Assembly: GCF_006345805.1 (NCBI RefSeq) | Contig: NC_043000.1 | Span: 23,064,001 to 23,128,000 of the forward strand | Source of the DNA: Octopus sinensis | Taxonomy: Eukaryota | Reading direction: 5' to 3' | DNA: 64,000 bases | Part shown: piece after piece, positions 39,901 to 52,650 of the stretch | How positions within the stretch are numbered: the stretch's first letter is position 1 | Layout: each line of letters starts with the position of its first letter | Notes under the pieces: generated by a model | Database searches by the model: none | Seen by the model: only the letters and a program-made list of their open reading frames with translations | Told to the model about the DNA's origin: nothing | Made by a program: the position numbers and the translations under genes

Positions 39901-42900
39901 TTGGTAATTAGTAAACTGCCAGCTGTAAAAATATTTTAGTTTTTGTTACACAGATTCTGACACAACTATCATACTGTTGAGGTCCAAGCTGCCCCCTCAC
40001 ATGCAGATTTGGGCTAACAAGGATCTTCTATATTGTTGCTTGTCTTAAAAGAAATAACAGCCAAATCTCTTTCAAATAACCCCACCCTTTCCTCTTAGGA
40101 AATAAAGACGTATTTGATATGATGTTGTCATAAGTACCCTGTACCTGGGAAAATAAGATGGTCATGCAGCTGGAATGCCTTTGATTGTAGATTTCTTCAA
40201 TCAGGACTAAACAACAACTCATAGAGGTTCAATTCTTGGTCATTTCTTTCATATGTCTTGCACCTTTCCTCGAAATTTTCAGCTGGAAACTACTTTAATG
40301 ATTCTTCTTCCATGCTTTAACCTTTCCACACCTGACATAAAAACAGTTCTTTCTGCTATAATCACTCTCAGTTACTAAGACCCTTTGGTCTTGCAGATTA
40401 CATGGCAGCCTCACCAATGCTGGTGCCATGAAAAATAGCACCCAGTACATCCTATGATTCTCTACCTTTCAGGTTTCAAATGTTAACAAATAAACAGTCT
40501 GGTGTAGTGTCAGGAATTCAGAAACATCCAGGAGGAGATATTGAATGGAGCAATGATTTACCAGAATCAGCGTCATTGTCTCTGTAAGTAGAATGATTGG
40601 AATTCTGGTTTTGCTGCCAATGCTTCTTTTATGATTGTTGTTGTTGTTGTTGTTGTTGCTGTTGCTGTTGCTGTTGTTGTTGTTGTTGTTGTTGTTTTAT
40701 GTAAGGTGGCAAGTTGGCAGAATTGTTAACACACCAGGTGAAATGCTTAGCAGTATTTCACCTGTCTTTACGTTCTGAGTTCAAATTCCACTGAAGTTGA
40801 CTTTGCCTTTTGTCCTTTCAGGATTGATAAATTAAGTACCAGTTGCGTACTGGGTCAGTGTAACCAACTAGTCGCCTACCCACAAAGGTCAGACCTTGTG
40901 GCTATAGTAGAAAGGATTTATTATTGTTTTATGTCATGATGGGAGTCCAACTCATGCAAGCATGGAAAGCAGACATTAAATGATGATTTTATATTTTGAT
41001 GGGAATGGTCATTGTTTTGTCTCTTTTGAGTATTTTCAAGCAATGTAACATTTCTTTGTGGCTGGATGCATTTTCTGGAATCATCATCGTCGTCGTCATC
41101 ATTTAACGTCCACTTAGCATGGGTTGGGCAATTTGACTGAGGACTGGCGAACCAGATAGCTGCACTAAGCTCCAATCTTGATCTGGCAGAGTTTCTACAG
41201 CTGGATGCCCTTCCTAATGCCAATCACTCCGTTGTGGACTGTGTGCTTTTAAGTGGCACCTGCACTGATGGGGTCACCAAGTACTTGCAAGACAAAAAAA
41301 ACTCTTTTGAGAGGGGAGGAGGCATTGGAGGAGGTGATCTTGTGTTGAATAACGAAAGGTTATAGTGAGACAGAGAGACAGAAACAGGTGTCTTGCTGTA
41401 GAGGAGGTACAAGGTTACCTGGCCAGAGAGAGAGAGAAAGAAGGAATAAAGAGAGAAACAGGTGCGCTGCTGCAGAGGAAGTACATGGTTACCCAGCCTG
41501 AGGGAAGTACGGGAGAAGGGGAGAGAGAGAGTGGGAGACGGCAGGATAAAAATGGTGTATGAGATTGTTATTTTATCTGCCACTTTCTTCATTACTATTT
41601 TATTCTTGTAATGGTTTTCAATACTTGGTTTTGGCCATGCTGCAGCACAGCTGTAACAGCAATAATGATATATGAATACATCTGTAGGAGATTTCTTTAT
41701 ATACTTTTTCTTTTTGCTTTCAGTGAACTCAAATTTTTGATCCTTCCTGTAATAGCTGGATTACTAGAAAAAGCCTCTCAGAAAATATGGACATTTGAGA
41801 AATTCTTCAGACATGCTGATGAAATCAACAGCATGATTCTTATAAAAGTTGTGGACACCATCAAAGTAGAAATTTTGCATTTGTACTTGAAGCCAACTGA
41901 TTGGTTTGTGGAAATCTTTAAACATTTTACTTTATTTGCTTAATTAACTCGTTTTTAATATCTTTACCTTTTGACCTACAGATTTCAAAAATAATTTTTT
42001 GTAACTAAAGACTTTCAAACTTTGGACACTGGTAGAATGTGTCATATAAAACATGTTTTACTCTTAGCATTTTTGAGAAAAACTTATATTTACGAAGTTA
42101 TTTCACCTTAAAGTTCTCGTATTTCGGAAATTTCAACCAATCAATGACGTGTATTCAGCTGAATAAAATTACTGCCATTGATTGTCAACAACAAATATCA
42201 GTGGTGTATTTTTCGTTTGTCACTGTGATTTATGACATCATTTGTGCATTTGTACTGGTTTTAAGGTTTTAGGGTTAGGGTTAAGGTTTTAGGGTTAGGG
42301 TTTTAGGTTTATCGGGTTAGGGTTAAGGTTTTAGGGTTAGGGTTGTCTTTAGTTAAGTTGAAACTCAGAAGGAATAGTGTCAGTTGTTCAGCACCTTAAG
42401 TTTAAGAGGGGATTAAAATTATTTTCAAAAATTGCATCGTTGTTTAATGTCCACTTTCCATGCTGGCATAGGTTGGAAGGTTTGACATGGAGCTAGCTAG
42501 CAGGAAGCTGTCCTGACTCCAACTGTCAGTTGTAACATGATTTCTATGGCTTGATGCCCTTCCTAACACCAATCACTTAACAGAGAGTGCTAGGTGCTTT
42601 TTACTTGCCACTGGCATGGGTGCTTATGCACAACACCGGCATGAGTGCTTTCTAAGTGGCACCAGCACCTGAAAGGATAAACTTGTATGTATGGAAGGCA
42701 GTAATTTTATTTAGCTTGATGTGTCTTATCAAGTATAGCAAATCACCACATCTCCCAGTCCCTTATCATTTCTTCAGTGAGGCCCAGTGTCTTCCTGGGT
42801 CCACCCCTTCCACAAGTGCCCTCCACAATTAGAGCTCAGCATTTCTTTATGCAGCTGTCCTCATCCATCTCAGTAATTGCTGAAGAGCTGAGGGTATAAA

Positions 42901-45900
42901 AACCCCTTTTTATACCCCTCAAGGCAGCGAGCTGGCAGATACGTTAGCACACCGGGCGAAATGCTTAGTGGTATTTCGTCTGCCGTTACGATCTGAGTTC
43001 AAATTCCGCCGAGGTCGAATTTGCCTTTCATCCTTTCGGGGTCGATTAAATAAGTACCAAGGAGGACCTCTCCGTGTTCACGGGACCGCAGGTAGTCGGC
43101 CTGCGCCGATGGAACCGTGACTGGCTCGCTATCTCAAGTGAACTGGCACAGGACCGTCGTGCATGGGCTGCCATGGTTCGAGATGCCTCGAGGGTGGTAG
43201 AAGAAACCGACTCAACCCGCCCAGGGTGAATGTCGCCACAAGTACAAGTAAGTAGTAAATAAGTACCAGTTACGCACTGGGATCGATATAATCGACTTAA
43301 TCCGTTTGTCTGTCCTTGTTTGTCCTCTCTGTGTTTAGCACCTTGTGGGTAGTAAAGAAATGGGTATAAAAACCCCTTTGGTAATTTGGTGGTATGTTCT
43401 TCCATAACCTACTTGAGTGTAGAATGATTTAACTAACCTCCAATCTCAGAAACAAAAGTGGCATTTCATTTTATATGTATTGATGCTTTATTTAATTTCA
43501 CAATCTAGATGAGTTAGGATAATCTGAACAAATAAGAAACAACTTAATGGGTTTGATAATCTACTCAGTCCTCAAACCACATGAGATCATCCATACTAAG
43601 CTATTCAGATTTAAATTAAATGATATTATGAGATATGATGAATACATCATCGTCATTTTAACCTTCACTTCTTCATGCTTGCATGGGTTAGATGGAGTTC
43701 TTTGAGGCAAATTTTCTGTGGCTGGATACTCTCACTGTTGCCAACCCTCACCTATTTTCAGGCAGTGTAATATTTCCCTATAGTCAAACATGTTTTCGCA
43801 GAAGATTTGTCTAATAATGACACTCGTTAACAACTATCACATACTATCAAGACATACACACACACACAGATGCAGATACACACACACAGGCACATACACA
43901 TACATACATATATGTGTGTGTGTTTCTGTGTACAGTATATATATATAGGTATATAGACAGACACAATGAGCTTCTTTCAGTTTCTCTCTTCCATATATAT
44001 TAACAAAGCTTTGGTTAGCCCTTGACTATAATAGAAGACATTTGCCCAGAATGTCATGCAGTGGAACTGAACCCGAAACAGCATGGTTGGGGAGCACCTG
44101 TATATACCAACATATAAAGTTTTTCTTAGTAAACCCTGCCTCTGAAATTTTTATCATATTTAATATCAATTGAAGCACATAAGCAGTCTCCTCAATAGAA
44201 ACACAATCAAGAAAGGCTTAAGTTGTATCAGCTGCAAATAACGAAATTTATTGTAGGCGTAGAGAGTGGCTGTGTGGTAAGTAGCTTGCTTACCAACCAC
44301 ATGGTTCCAGGTTCAGTCCCACTGCATGGCACCTTGGGAAAGTGTCTTCTACTATAGCCTCGAGCCGACCAAAGCTTTGTGAGTGGATTTGGTAGACGGA
44401 AACTCAAAGCCCGTCGTATATATGTGTATATATATATGTGTGTGTGTGTTTGTGTGTCTGCATTTGTCCCCCCAACATCGCTTGACAAACGATGCTGGTG
44501 TGTTTACATTCCTGTAACTTAGCGGTTCGGCAAAAGAGACCGATAGAATAAGTACTGGGCTTACAAAGAATAAGTCCTGGGGTCGATTTGTTCGACTAAA
44601 GGCGGTGCTCCAGCATAGCCACAGTCAAATGACTGAAACAAGTTAAAGAGAAACATTGGAAGTGAAGTTTACTGTTATTCTATTTCCTTACTTTTTGGTT
44701 TTAGCTTCAGTGAGGTACAGAAGAAACTGGAAACACATTCTGCTGTTGAGTTAAAAGATCAAAGATTATTATATGAAGGGCAATTATTATCAGAATCTCT
44801 AAAACCAAATGATCCAATTACAAAGTCTTCAACAGTTCCATTTCCTAAACCCATCATCCTTATTTCTAATCAACCTACCAACACAACCACTACACTTCAC
44901 GAAGAAGCTGGTAAGTCAACATTTTCCAAAGAACCACTCTAGTCTTTCTGAGACTCTGTGTGTTAACTAATTTAGGTTACGGAAGCATAATTAGACTCAT
45001 ATTTGTTTTTACGTTTGTTTTTCTATGCTAGCATGGGTTAGACAAATACATATCATTGAAGTATTATTTCACAGTTGGATGCCCTTCCTGTCATTAATCC
45101 TAGGAATTTTTTTATTCCTTCGTCATCATCATCATCATCATTTAATGTCTGCCTTCCATGCTGGCAAGGGGTGAGTGGTTTGACTATCATCATCATGGTT
45201 CGACCATGGTCGAGACAATGGAACTTACTATGTTATGCCAGACTTCACGGTCCATCATAGCATTATGGAGGTCCTGTTGCTGGATGCCTATATCCCTGGA
45301 GATTACATCAGGCTAGGAGAGTGTGCGCCCTCTGGTATCGCAAGCAGATGGCTTCCAGAGGAGAAGAGTAGAAATTACCTCGTTTTCAGCTCTACAACAA
45401 TGTCCAGCAGACTGGACTCTTCTACCTTTCACAAGAGATGATACAGGTGGTAACTTCCCATATATTTGTACTTTGGTCGGATGATGCTTCCACGAGATAT
45501 TTTGAGCTCTCATAAGGAGGCGAGTGTAAGTTCTAGCCAACCGCCTCTCAAGCTTCTTTGATAGCGTTTGACTATAGCTGGCCAGGCAGAAGCCTACACC
45601 AGACTTCTGTGTCTGTTTTGGCAGGGTTGTTATGGCTGGATGCCCTTCCTAACACCAAACATCCAGCAGAGTGGACTGAGTGCTTTTTACGTGGCAGGTT
45701 TGGGGAAGGTTGTTACATCTGGATGCTCTTCCAAGCACCAACCACTTTCCAATGCAGACTGGATGCTTTTTATGTGACATCAGCACTGGCAGGATCACCA
45801 AGTAATCTGCAAGACAAACGTCCTTTTTAGAGTGGAGATGATCTTGTGTCAGATGATGGAAGGTTATAGTGAGACAGAGAGACAGAAACAGCTGTCTTAT

Positions 45901-48900
45901 GTCTTTAAAAACACAGAGCTATCAGTCAATTTGGTCAGCAAATTTTTGTAGGGCAGCACTTTTGTTTCCATGCAAAAGCACAGAATGTTAATATTCTTAA
46001 AGATCATACATGTATGTGTGTGTGTGTGACATGTATATGAAGATTTGAATAACACAAGTTCTATTTTTTAAATAGGTTGCCAGAACAGCTAACTGGATTC
46101 CATGCCGGTGGCACGTAAAAAGCACCATTCGAGCGTGGCCATTACTAGCATCACCTTACTGGCACTTGTGCCAGTGGCATGTGAACAAAACACTCGAGCA
46201 AGGTCATTGCCAGTGCCGCTGGACTGGCTCCTGTGCAGGTGGCACGTAAAAGATACCATTTGAGCGTGGTTGTTGCCAGTACCGCCTGACTGGCCCTCAT
46301 GCCAGTTGCACGTAAAAGCACCCACTACCCTCGGAGTGGTTGGCGTTAAGAAAGGCATCCAGCTGTAGAACTCTGCCAGATCAGATTGGAGCCTGGTACA
46401 GCCCTCTGGTTCACCAGACCTCAGTCAAATCGTCCAACCCATGCTAGCATGGAAAACGGACGTTAAACGATGATGATGATGATGTCAATATTTCTATTAT
46501 GTATCTATCTATTTGTATATATCAAAGTAAAAATACACAATTATGATTTAACGTATCATGATTTCATATGGAATTTCACTATAAAACTGTCTGTTAGTGT
46601 AGGTTTTTACAAGGTGGGTTTTACATACACAACAAAAAAGAGAAAGAATTTCGCATTACTGAAATGTTTGTGCATAAAAAGAAAGTTTTTTTTTAAAGAA
46701 CAACTTTGGATAAATTTTAGTGTATGTTGTAGCCAAAAGAGGTTTTGCAGTAGAAGAAAAATCACATTTTACCAACCAGTTTTTGCTGACATTCAGCTTA
46801 TCAAAGTCTAAATTTTGATTTTTCAATGCATTTTCAGACAATATGGAATTAATTTTAGATATGTACTAGCAGTATAGCCCAGCGTTGCTTGGGCTTGTTT
46901 TCTTTTTGACCCTTTAGAACTGGAATTTTTGAAAAGTAAAAATTTTGCATTATGTAGCTTGTTATTCTCTTTAGGTGAACATTTTCCTGGGTTGAAATAC
47001 ACCAAATAATGGCGACACAGCAGTAAAAAAAATCATAAAAAATAGGGTTTTCATAGAAAAAAAAGCACCGTTTTGATGTAAATAATTTTTGGTGTTAACA
47101 TGGTCCAATTTGAATTTTTTTTTTCTACGGAAGGAAGAGCAAGCCTTCTTCTATCATAGTCTCAATTTTGGTCAACTTGCACCACAGAGTCTCGGAGGAG
47201 ATAGTGCTACCAAACCTGCCATACACAGACAACTTCAGCTTTATATATAGATTGGTACAATAGTTTTATAATAACAAGTCACTAAATCTGGAGTTCAATA
47301 AGCTATGCCTTAATATAATGCTAGAAAAATAGGACCTTACAGTCATCAACTTCAAATAAGCTAAAAGGCTTTAGTGCAGCCTTCAGGCCCAGCAGGACAC
47401 CAGTGCCTTACCTGTGGCAGAGCCTTCCAAGCATGCTCTCACTGATCAGGCACAGCCAAACACACTGCGTCCTGTCTTCTCCCATCTGATGTCCTTGGTC
47501 ATCATTGACAACAGGGGATCATCATCATCATCATCGTTTAACATCCACTTTCCATGCTAGCATGGGTTGGACGGTTCGACCAGGGTCTGGGAAGCCAGGA
47601 GACTGCACCGGGCTCCACTCTGATCTGGCAGTGTTTCTACAGCTGGATGCATTTCCTAATGCCAACCACTCCGTGAGTGTAGTGGGTGCTTTTTACGTGC
47701 CAGGTGAGGCTGGCAACGGCCACGATCAGTTGGTGCTTTTTACGTGCCACTGGCACAGGGATCACAACTACAACACATGGATCACAACTACAACACATGG
47801 ATCACAACTACATGCACAGGGATCATAACTACATGCACAGGGATCACAACTTCAGCACAGGGATCGCAGCTACAGCACAGGGATCACAACTACATGTAGA
47901 GGGATCACAACTACAGCACAGGGATAACAACTATAGCACAGGGATCATAACTACATGCACAGGGATCACAACTTCAGCACAGGGATCACAGCTATAGCAC
48001 AGGGATCACAACTACAGCACAGGGATCACAACTACATGTAGAGGGATCACAACTACAGCACAGGGATCACAACTACATGCACAGGGATCAGGGGTACTTC
48101 CTTTCTGTCTTCATTAAATTTTTTTTTAAAAATAAATACATAACTTGCTTTCCATTTTTGTTTCTCTTTCAGAGGATATTCCAGAGTTTGGGCCCTCAAG
48201 CAATGATGATTTGAAGATTGCTTCATCACTATGTGAACTTGCTTGTAATTATATAAGAGAAGCGAAAATAACGAATCAGATAATGAAGCATATATGTAAA
48301 TCAACCAAACACTTAAGGTATGGGCATTTCTTTCTATCTTTTGTCTTGTACTTGTTTCAAGATTCAAGCGAGGTCATTGCCAGTACTGCCTGACTGGCCC
48401 CCGTGCCGTGGCACGTAAAAGGGCACCATTCGAGCGTGATCGTTACCAACATCGCCTTACTGGCACCTGTACCGGTGGCAAGTGTAAAAAAATTCGAACA
48501 AGGTCATTGCCAGTATCGCCTGACTGGCCCCCGTGCCAGTGGTACATAAAAAGCACCCACTACACTCTCGGAGTGGTTGGCATTAGGAAGATCATCCAGC
48601 TGTAGAAACTCTGCCAGATCAAGATTGGAGCCTGGTGCAGCCATCTGGTTCGCCAGCCCTCAGTCAAAATCGTCCAACCCATGCTAGCATGGAAAGCGGA
48701 CGTTAAACGATGATGATGATGATGGACTTGGTCAAGCTAGGTGACCTTCTTGAAGGGTTTAATAAATGAACACCAGTTGTCAAGTGATGACAACACCAGT
48801 TGTCAAGGATAATCACAAAGACATACATACATATAATGGGCTTCCACACAGTTTTCATCTACCAAATTCACTCACAAGGTCAGCCTGGGGCTAGAATATA

Positions 48901-51900
48901 AGACATTTGCCCTACATGGTGCACAGTGGGACTGAGCCCAAAACCACATGATTGCAAAATGAGCAGGATCTCAAAGCACATGAAGCTATAACTAATAGCA
49001 TGTAAATACAGGTTGATAAATGGCCATTGCCAGCTTCCCCTGGCACGTAAAAAGCACCCACTACACTCATGGAGTGGTTGGCATTATGAAGGGCCTGTAG
49101 AAACACTGCCTGATCAGACTGGAGCCTGGGGCAGCCTCCTGGCTTCCCAGACCCCGGTCGAACCGTCCAACCCGTGCTAGTATGGAAAACGGACATTAAA
49201 CGATGTTTATGATGATGATTATGACTGGTTGATAAAATCCCTTTGGGATAAAAAAAGTCAAAGTCTACCTGTGAGACATGAACCTGCATCATCTATAGAC
49301 ATGACAAGCCAAGGGCAGCCTTCAGTTTTTTTCTATTCAAAAGGATTTCTCCACCTAGTATTTACTATTTTACTTGTTTCAGTCGTTTTGACTGCTGCCA
49401 TGCTGGAGCACCACCTTTTTTTTTTTTAGTCGAGCAAATCGACCCCAGGACTTATTCTTTGTAAACCTAGTACTTATTCTATCGGTCTCTTTTGCCAAAC
49501 CACTAAGTTACAGGGACGTAAACACACAAGCATCGGTTGTCAAGAGATGTTGGGGGGACAAGCACAGACACACAAACATATACACACACATACACATACA
49601 CACATATATATATATATACATACATATATATGGCGGGCTTCTTTCAGTTTCCGTCTACTAAATCCACTCACAAGGCTTTGGTCGGCCCGAAGCTATAGTA
49701 GAAGAAACTTGCCCAAGGTGCCACACAGTGGGACTGAACCCGGAAGCATGTGGTTGGTAAGCAAGCTACTTACCACACAGCCACTCCTACACCTATTTAA
49801 ACCCTGTTATTTATTTACTCGAAGATCTCCTGCTTCCCCAAAAGAATTTTTTCATGCTCTCTTGAAAGCCTTTATTCTTTTATTCTTTCACTAGTTTCAG
49901 TCATTTTGACTGCAGCCATGCTGGAGCACCACCCTAAAGGGTTTTAGTCGAGGAAATCAACTCCAGGACTTATTTTTTGTAAGCCTAGTATTTATTCTAG
50001 CAGTTTCTTTTGCTGAACTGCTAAGTTACAGGAATGTAAACACACTAACATTGGTTGTTAAATGATGGTGAGGGGACAAGCACAGACACAAACTCATACA
50101 CACATAAATAATATACATATAGAGTTATATGATGGGCTTCTTTCAGTTTCCATCTACCAAATCCACTCACAGAGCTTTGGTCAATCTGAGACTATAGTAG
50201 AAGACACTTGCCCAAGATGCCACACAGCTTATAAATGCTTATGATGACATACAGCAGGATTCCATACAGTTTCTATCAGCCAGATTTATTCACAAGACAT
50301 CGGTCAACCCGGGGCTGTGTACAGTAAAAGGCACTTGCCAAAGTGCTGAGCAGTGGAATTGAACCCAAAACCATATGCTTACAAGAACGAGCTTCTTTAC
50401 TGCACAGCCACATCTACACCTCTCTTCATTTTTATATTATTTGTCATTGTCTTCTTTTATCTTTTAACTCCTCTCTCACTTTTTTTTACTCTGTTCCTCT
50501 GGCATCTTTACAAAAACTCTTGTTTTTCCAGGCTTCATCAAAACACAGTACTTGATCAACGCACAACTCTTTTAACGGGTAAGAAAGAATGGTTCTTCGG
50601 TATTTTAACAGCAACAGGTCTGGATGAACTCTCTGGACGTGTCATAGAAGAGGAAGAACTGGACTCCTTCATCAATATCAAAATTAAAACAGACCGAGAT
50701 ATGGAAAAAGCATCTCAATTAGTCCATAAGGTGAGAGTTTTGAATTTATTTATTATCTGTAAAACAATACGGTTATTTTAGATAATCTGAGAACAGAGTG
50801 GAGTGAATGATACATCATCATCATCGTTTAACGTTCACTTTCCATACTAGCATCGGTTGGACGATTTTGACTGAGGGCTGGCAAACCAGACGGCCGCACC
50901 AGGCTCCAATCTTGATCTGGCAGAGTTTCTTCAGCTGGATGCCCTTCCTAACGCCAACCACTCCGAGAGTGTAGTGTGTGCTTTTTGCATGTCACCAGCA
51001 CGGGGCCAGTCAGGCAATACTGGCAATGACCTCGCTTGAATCTTTTTACACATGCCACCAGTACAGGTGCCAGTAAGGCGATGTTGGTAACGATCATGCT
51101 CGAATGGTGCCCTTTTACATGCCACCAGCACAGAGCCAGTTGGCTGCTCTGGCAACGATCATGCTCAGATGGTGCTCTTGGCACCCTACTAGCATAGGCA
51201 CAAGTGCCAGTAAGGCAACGCTGGTAATGATCACACTCGAATGAATCCCTTTTATGTGCCAGGAATACCAAAAGCACAAGTTCCACTGGGCCAGACATAT
51301 TGCAAGGTTCACAGACAACAGGCAGACCTGTGCAGTTACTGAGTGGTATCCAAGAGATTGGAAAAGACCCCTTGGAAGGCTTCCATGATGATGAGAAGAC
51401 AGTCTAGTTAAGTAAATTGGGTCAAGATGGAAAAGAATGACGCAATCAGGACATTTGGAAGCGCATTGTGACCAGTGATGTATAACAGCATCTGATGGTC
51501 TGGCCGATACTGTAATATAGGTTTTATGTTTATTTTATAATTGTCTTTTCATGTGTCTGTTTTATGTCCATTTTTGCATGTTAGCATCGGTTCGAGGGAT
51601 ACTTATTTGAGGCAGTATTGTATGGCAACATCTTTCTGTCTCCAACCCTTTCTTGATTTTCAAATAAAAGTTTCTTCTTTTCCTTCTTTATATTGCCCTA
51701 AATTTCAAAACCACAGAGCTACATGTTATAATGTTCACTAGGAAGGTAAAATATGACAGAACTATTTTTAACTCTGGCAATTTTATACAAAGAAATGGAA
51801 ATTTCCCCCCACCTTTTACTCTGCCGTACACTCTTGCAACCTCCATCCATCTTCATTCTTGACTCCTCTGTCCCCTCTCATTTCTACTCACCTCATACTT

Positions 51901-52611
51901 TGAGGGATCACCCAGATACCTCATCACTACTATTTTATCTCTTCCCAGCTCCTTTGAATCACTCTTACCCTCTTGTTTAAATGTGAAGAGCCATGTAGCT
52001 CCTCTACAGCAAAAAAAAAACCTACTCTACTCTTCCCCCTTCTCTCTATATATATACAGGCTGTTCAGAAAGTCTCTCCACAGTGAATTCTTTTCATCCT
52101 GCGCATGCAGTGAATGGATTATTTTAAAGGGTCGATAAGCTAAAAGACACAATTATAATCTTCATACGGTTCATACCGCGTCAGACTCTCCGAGATGTAT
52201 TTTGAAACATGTTTAGAAGAGTCAATTCATGTATTGAAAATGAAGGACGACACTTTCAACATCTCTTATAAAGTTTTTTAAAGTCTTTTAAAGTCTAATA
52301 TATTCTTTTGTATTCTTATACCATCTTATAAATATATATTTTGCCATAAAATACTTACTATGGAGTGACACCCTGTATGTATATATATAGTGACCGCGTA
52401 TGTATCGTTGGCAATTTTTTTCCCTCCGTCTTCCCTTCCTTGGATCTTTCCTTTTCCTATGTTTCTGACGAAGAGCTCCATTCGAAACGTGAAATCCTCT
52501 TTCATTTCTTTCCTTTCCTGAGCGTCCAATAGCATAGTACTTGTTGCACATCCTCACATTGTTGTGTTTTCTCTTTGTGTTTTCATGCTTGGATTAACTT
52601 TCTTATCTATA

Positions 52612-52650
<39 letters not shown>

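Noticed and set aside
47753-48090. CRISPR-like array
   Set aside because: Units are contiguous with no unique spacers, and the context is eukaryotic; it is a minisatellite.
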